A stretch of 40,000 nt of DNA from contig NZ_JACXXN010000003.1 of assembly GCF_014904695.1 (NCBI RefSeq), positions 237,405-277,404 of the forward strand, in the 5' to 3' direction. The notes beneath the pieces were generated by a model. That model was not told the origin of the DNA and did no database searches. It saw nothing but the letters and a program-made list of their open reading frames with translations. This document shows, one piece after another, positions 36,030 to 40,000 of this stretch. Every line of letters starts with the position of its first letter. The stretch's first letter is position 1. The DNA comes from Nostoc sp. MG11 (GTDB lineage Bacteria; Cyanobacteriota; Cyanobacteriia; Cyanobacteriales; Nostocaceae). The translations under genes and the position numbers were made by a program.

Positions 36030-36250
36030 GCGTTGGGGAACCACTTCGTTGCGGTAAGTCCAGTGCTGCGTACCTTGCGGAAAGCAAGCTACGCGGAGCG
36101 TCTCGAAGAGAAGAGAAGTCAGAGCGGCGGCTTCCGCCGCTCTGAACTTCGGGGAGCGTCACCCGAAGGGGGGTTCGCCCGGTTATTCGCTCTTAGCGTT
36201 ACCGTAGGGTAGCAAGTAGCGTGCAACTGGTGTCATGGGACAATAGTTCT
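36030..36250. repeat. GC-rich mosaic of small dispersed repeats (approximate bounds)
   Basis: Shares blocks with 37125-37600 and 39345-39475. One example is a 52-nt block at 36181-36232 versus 37532-37583, with 46/52 identity in the same orientation. Another is 'agcgtcacccgaaggg', present in both. Confidence 0.6.
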
Positions 36251-36508
36251 TTTCCTCCACTCTCCCAATCCCTAGTCCCCAATCCTCAGCCGTCGGCCCC
36301 CTAAATTTACATAATTGGGCAGGTGACGGACTATAAGTGTAAATTCTAAAATAGAGTAAGAAACCAGCAAAATTACGAATTATAAGATTTTGAAGCAGAG
36401 AGCTTCTCCTAGTAGATTTTGGGAAACTCTCCACTTGTAAGTATCGTCTTTAACCAGGCTGCTCCTCATACAAAGACTATTCAGCCCTCAGTCAGGAAGG
36501 TTTTGAAA

Positions 36509-37123
36509 ATGAAAGACCAACAAGGATCTAACCGTATAACTCCAGGTGTAATTGCAGTTGTCTCAGCAGCGGTTTTAGCGGTGGGTGGTGGTGTAGCTTG
36601 GGTTACTTCAAACTCTAATAATTCTCCTACACCGTCAAGCTCGTCTCAAAAAATAACCCAGCCAGGACAGCAACCATCTACCACCCAACTAGGTAATGAG
36701 AAAACCCCTAGCGTTTATTGGCTCAGACCAAAAGACAAAAATATTAATTTGGTTCCTCAACCAGTTAAAGTAGCTACTGCACAGCCTAATCAAGCTTTAG
36801 AAGCAGCTTTCCAAAGTTTGTTAGCAGGCCCGACAGAAGGGACAGATTCGACGACTATCCCCAAGGGAACCAAATTATTGGGGCTGAAAGCAGACAATAA
36901 TGAGGTTCACGTTAACTTATCTGAAGATTTTACCAGCGGTGGTGGTAGTTCCTCAATGATGGGTCGCGTGGGACAAGTTGTTTACACTGCGACAACTTTA
37001 AATCCAAAAGCTAAGGTGTACATTGATGTGAACGGCAAACCCTTGGATGTTTTGGGTGGTGAAGGTGTGGAGTTACAACAGCCACTAACTCGTGAAAGCT
37101 TTCAGAAAAATTATCCGCTTTAG
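36509..37123 (+). CDS. GerMN-domain protein with an N-terminal membrane anchor
   Basis: About 204 aa counted from 'MKDQQGSNRITPGVIAVVSAAVLAVGGG' (TM helix). The GerMN-like C-terminus includes 'LLAGPTEG...VHVNLSEDF...GRVGQVVYTAT'. Confidence 0.8.
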   Translation: MKDQQGSNRITPGVIAVVSAAVLAVGGGVAWVTSNSNNSPTPSSSSQKITQPGQQPSTTQLGNEKTPSVYWLRPKDKNINLVPQPVKVATAQPNQALEAAFQSLLAGPTEGTDSTTIPKGTKLLGLKADNNEVHVNLSEDFTSGGGSSSMMGRVGQVVYTATTLNPKAKVYIDVNGKPLDVLGGEGVELQQPLTRESFQKNYPL

Positions 37124-37124
37124 T

Positions 37125-37600
37125 TATGAGTCGAAGGTCAAGGGGAGCCAGTGCCGTGGTGTTAGTGCTAGCGGTAGCGACTGTGCGTAGCACCGACAGC
37201 GCGGTGAGTTCAGTCCTGTTCGCTTTTGGCGTTCCCGTGTCCGTGGGGTAGGCGGGTTTCCGCAACCTAGGGAACTAGCTGTTTTCGTAGCGTAAAGCCT
37301 TCTCTACGAGAGGCTGCGCCAACGGCATGGCTTTTCTACGAGACCAACGCGTAGCTTGCTTCCCCGTAGGGGTAAGCTTAAAGCGACGCTCTTAAGCGTC
37401 ACCCGAAGGGTCTTCTCTACGAGAGGCTGAGCCTTCGCGGAGCGTTTCGTAGAGAAGGCGGTTTCCTCCATGAACGACTGTCGTGCATGGTTTCTCGACT
37501 TGAGGAGCCACTGCGTTGCCTGGGTTTCCCTGGTTGTTCGCTCTTAGCGTTTCCATAGGGTAGCAAGTCGCGTGCGACTGGCGTTCAATAGTCAAGGTCG
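37125..37600. repeat. GC-rich mosaic of small dispersed repeats (approximate bounds)
   Basis: Contains repeated blocks 'cttctctacgagaggctg' (twice), 'agcgtcacccgaaggg' and the 52-nt block shared with 36181-36232. Confidence 0.6.
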
Positions 37601-37615
37601 AAAACATGTAGGATT

Positions 37616-37650
37616 TTAGACTTTGGACTCTGGACTTTGAACTTTGGACT
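37616..37650. repeat. STRR heptamer tract (5 units of the ttggact family)
   Basis: ttagact ttggact ctggact ttgaact ttggact, abutting the stop of the ArsR-family gene. Confidence 0.85.
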
Positions 37651-37994
37651 CACCGCTTGCCATTTAATACGCGAAAGTTACGGGCTTGTTGTTCTAACCT
37701 TGTGGCAAGGCGATCGCAAACCCGGTTGCATAAATCAAAAATCATTTGATCTTCTACCCGGTAGTAGGCGCAAGTTCCTTCACTACGGCGACTAAGAATT
37801 CCTGCTTGCCACATTACTTTCAGGTGCTTCGACACATTTGCCTGAGAAGTCTGTGTTGCCTCTACCAACTCTTGCACGCATTTTTCTTCATCCCGCAGCA
37901 AGTGTAGCAGCCGTAGACGCATCGGCTCACTTAACATGCTGAAGTATTCAGCTACTTGTTGCACCACTTCTGGTACAGGCAAAGCTTGTTTCAT
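37650..37994 (-). CDS. ArsR/SmtB-family transcriptional regulator
   Basis: 114 aa. Winged-helix 'EPMRLRLLHLLRDEEKCVQELVEATQTSQANVSKHLKVM'. Confidence 0.85.
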   Translation of the reverse strand: MKQALPVPEVVQQVAEYFSMLSEPMRLRLLHLLRDEEKCVQELVEATQTSQANVSKHLKVMWQAGILSRRSEGTCAYYRVEDQMIFDLCNRVCDRLATRLEQQARNFRVLNGKR

Positions 37995-38051
37995 CAGGAT
38001 TAACCCGCAAGGATTGAAAGTATATGACTCATTTCATATATAGATTAATAC

Positions 38052-38600
38052 TTAATCAGGGTTAATTCGCATTAAAGGCTGACCATATTCTACCGGTTCA
38101 CCATTTTGAACGAGAATTTCCATTACCTGTCCTGAGACTTCAGCTTCGATTTCATTCATCAGCTTCATGGCTTCAATTATACAGACTGTTTGACCGCTAC
38201 GGATGCGATCGCCAACTTCTACAAATGGCGCTTCCCCAGGTGCAGCAGCACGATAAAACGTTCCCACCATTGGAGAAGGTACTTCTACTAATCTTTGGTC
38301 AATTGCTGAGGGAGCTACTGACAACTGTAGTTGCGTTGCAGTGGCGGCATTGTCAAAAACGCGATTTGTTCCCACCTCCGGTACTGGAGTTGATGCTGCT
38401 TGGGGTGCGGGTGAAACCGATGTCAATCCCGAACTAACCACACCACCAGATGCTTGACCTACCGACAACATCTGAGTGCTAACGCTCACAGCTTTACGTA
38501 CCGTTAGTTCAAAATCATTGCTTTTAAGCGTTACTTCTGCAATATCTGTTTGTGCGATAGTTGCTAGGAGTTGGCGGATTTCATTAAAGTCCAATGGCAC
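38052..38600 (-). CDS. accB: Acetyl-CoA carboxylase biotin carboxyl carrier protein
   Basis: 182 aa. Biotinylation motif 'IIEAMKLMNEIEA'. GTG start. Downstream of efp, as is common in cyanobacteria. Confidence 0.95.
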   Translation of the reverse strand: MPLDFNEIRQLLATIAQTDIAEVTLKSNDFELTVRKAVSVSTQMLSVGQASGGVVSSGLTSVSPAPQAASTPVPEVGTNRVFDNAATATQLQLSVAPSAIDQRLVEVPSPMVGTFYRAAAPGEAPFVEVGDRIRSGQTVCIIEAMKLMNEIEAEVSGQVMEILVQNGEPVEYGQPLMRINPD

Positions 38601-38708
38601 AGTTTTTCTTACCTCGACCTATCAGTAAATTAGAATCTTAAGTGTGGCAGGGATTTAATCCTTTGTAGGGATTGAAATCGGAAGAAAGCACCTCAGTAGA
38701 GAACAGAG

Positions 38709-39266
38709 TTATTCTCTACCTTGGTATTTATCGTCACGAGTATCAATGCGGATACGTTCCCCCTGGGAAATAAACAAGGGAACCATTACACTTGCCCCAG
38801 TTTCTAGAATTGCTGGTTTTGTGCCGCCTGTAGCAGTATCACCTTTGACACCTGGGTCTGTTTGCACAACTTCTAAAACCACAGAGTTGGGCAGTTCTAC
38901 TTCTAGCACTTGCTCACCCCAACGTACAACGTTAACTTCCATACCTTCTTTAAGGTACTTGACGCGATCGCCAATTTGCGCAGCACTCAATCTACCCTCT
39001 TCATAAGTTTCCATATCCATAAAGACGAACTCATCGCCCTCTTTATAAGTATGCTGCATGGTGCTTTTTTCTAGAGTGGCTTGGGGTACTGTTTCCCCAG
39101 CCCGGAATGTTTTTTCTACCACGTTCCCATTCTGAGCATTTCTCAGTTTTGTCCGCACAAAAGCAGAACCTTTACCGGGCTTAACGTGGAGGAATTCTAT
39201 CACCCGCCATACAGACCCATCTAATACAATTGAAACACCGGGTCGAAAGTCGTTACTGGAGATCAT
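38709..39266 (-). CDS. efp: Elongation factor P
   Basis: 185 aa counted from '[17 protein letters not shown]...[13 protein letters not shown]'. The track ORF has a 16-aa upstream extension. Confidence 0.95.
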   Translation of the reverse strand: MISSNDFRPGVSIVLDGSVWRVIEFLHVKPGKGSAFVRTKLRNAQNGNVVEKTFRAGETVPQATLEKSTMQHTYKEGDEFVFMDMETYEEGRLSAAQIGDRVKYLKEGMEVNVVRWGEQVLEVELPNSVVLEVVQTDPGVKGDTATGGTKPAILETGASVMVPLFISQGERIRIDTRDDKYQGRE

Positions 39267-39344
39267 GAAGCTTTCAATTTTTGGAAGACAATCGGCATTT
39301 ATTGTACCCTTCAAGCGGAGTAATTAGTCAGTTGACATTTGTCA

Positions 39345-39475
39345 TTTGTTAAGAGTCAAGAGGAGCCAGTGTGTTGGGCGGCTCCGCCGACTTGTACCCC
39401 TGCGGGGAAGCAAGCTACGCGCAGCGTCTCCGCGAGGAGAAGCAACTGGCGTTCAAGAGTCAAGAGTTAAGAGTC
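39345..39475. repeat. Small dispersed repeat mosaic flanked by heptamers (approximate bounds)
   Basis: 'gcaagctacgcgcagcgtctccgcgaggagaag' parallels 'gcaagctacgcggagcgtctcgaagagaag' near 36095. 'aagagtcaagag' heptamers flank it on both sides. Confidence 0.55.
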
Positions 39476-39598
39476 ATTTGTCTTTATTTATTCTTCCCCT
39501 ACTCCCTCTGCTTCACCTGCTCCCTCAGCACGTAACGTGGGAAGATTATTGATGGGTTACGTCCAGTTAACAATTTGATGCTGCATTTGAGCCATGCC

Positions 39599-40000
39599 AT
39601 GTTTAACTTTTTAAAATCCTGGCTGAAGAACAGCCTCATCACAATACTGCTGGTAGCAATATTTTTAGGCATAACTACATCTGGGTGGACTCCCTCCAGT
39701 AACGCCGCTCTGCCAGCTGGAAATGCAATTACCGACGGCAAAGCTTTGTTGCGGTATGCACTTCCGATAGATAATAAACCTGTGCGGCAACTGCAAGCCA
39801 GCTTAGAAGACATATCTGCCCAGCTGCGGGCGAATCGGCGGTGGGGTGCTATCTCCAAAGACCTCAGCCAAGCATCGCGGATTCTCGATAAACCCTCCCA
39901 AATCTTAACAAGCGTTCCCGAAGAACGCCAACCCCAAGCCGAAGCTTGGATTGCAGAATTAAAATCTGGCGTGGGTAAATTGCAAGAATTAGCGAACGTC
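39599..40000 (+). CDS. N-terminal part of a thylakoid-lumen TLP40/CYP38-like peptidyl-prolyl isomerase (partial; runs off the window)
   Basis: Open frame from the ATG at 39599 (alternative 39578) to the window end. It has a signal/anchor 'LITILLVAIFLGITTSG' followed by 'ITDGKALLRYALPIDNKPVRQLQASLEDIS'. Absent from the ORF track because there is no stop in the window. Confidence 0.6.
   Translation, partial: MFNFLKSWLKNSLITILLVAIFLGITTSGWTPSSNAALPAGNAITDGKALLRYALPIDNKPVRQLQASLEDISAQLRANRRWGAISKDLSQASRILDKPSQILTSVPEERQPQAEAWIAELKSGVGKLQELANV

Noticed and set aside
36183-37607. Minus-strand ORFs 36183-36434, 37011-37265 and 37392-37607, together with 39346-39552 on the plus strand
   Set aside because: They are composed of GC-rich dispersed-repeat modules and translate to low-complexity Arg/Ala/Ser-rich strings that recur in different frames. 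One of them also overlaps the real GerMN gene.
38643-38678. CRISPR-repeat-like sequence 'gtggcagggatttaatcctttgtagggattgaaat' between accB and efp. A weaker 'gattgaaat' occurs at 25733-25741.
   Set aside because: It is a single copy with no spacer-repeat periodicity, and no cas genes are in the window. The resemblance to cyanobacterial '...GGGATTGAAAC' repeat ends could be chance or an orphan fragment.
39499-39858. 119-aa minus-strand ORF at the right end of the window
   Set aside because: It is antisense to a much better plus-strand frame that encodes a TLP40/CYP38-like PPIase N-terminus with a signal anchor.

Overview
This window comes from a heterocyst-forming Nostoc/Anabaena-type cyanobacterium. 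Evidence: many HIP1 GCGATCGC sites (e.g. 980-987, 3501-3508, 3617-3624, 4284-4291), heptameric STRR repeats in intergenic spacers, and fdxH/hesAB/xisHI/glbN gene content.

Layout:
- 1-16.2 kb, minus strand: one uninterrupted Mo-nitrogenase cluster, nifB-fdxN-nifS-nifU-glbN-nifH-nifD-nifK-(Mo-nitro_C protein)-nifE-nifN-nifX-(DUF269)-(DUF683)-nifW-hesA-hesB-fdxH. Neither nifD nor fdxN carries an excision element.
- 26.4-30.7 kb, plus strand: a divergent second nif block, cysE/nifP-like, two small conserved ORFs, nifV-nifZ-nifT and a [2Fe-2S] ferredoxin-domain protein.
- 17.3-26.3 kb, between the two nif promoters: a roughly 9-kb accessory island with conflict/defence-type content. It holds a truncated vapC, an xisH-xisI pair, an MDR oxidoreductase, a 1309-1330-aa NACHT NTPase with 14 near-identical 34-aa HEAT-like repeats, hicA-hicB, a small ORF plus HNH nuclease pair, a 158-aa unknown protein and a phased 42-bp tandem array. 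No integrase or transposase is present.
- 30.8-40 kb: mostly housekeeping genes (Uma2 nuclease, an AT-rich GT14 glycosyltransferase, an acyltransferase, proS, a GerMN protein, arsR-family, accB, efp, and a partial TLP40-like PPIase), separated by GC-rich mosaics of small dispersed repeats.

Best leads:
- The NACHT-HEAT protein with an unassigned N-terminal module and its tightly linked hicAB and HNH neighbours.
- An extended sequence box shared, in the sense orientation, by the nifB and cysE/nifP upstream regions.
- glbN bounded by perfect 14-bp inverted repeats.
- An empty XisA core site inside intact nifD.
- Orphan xisHI beside nifB.

All functional calls come from motif recognition by eye. 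No database search was run.
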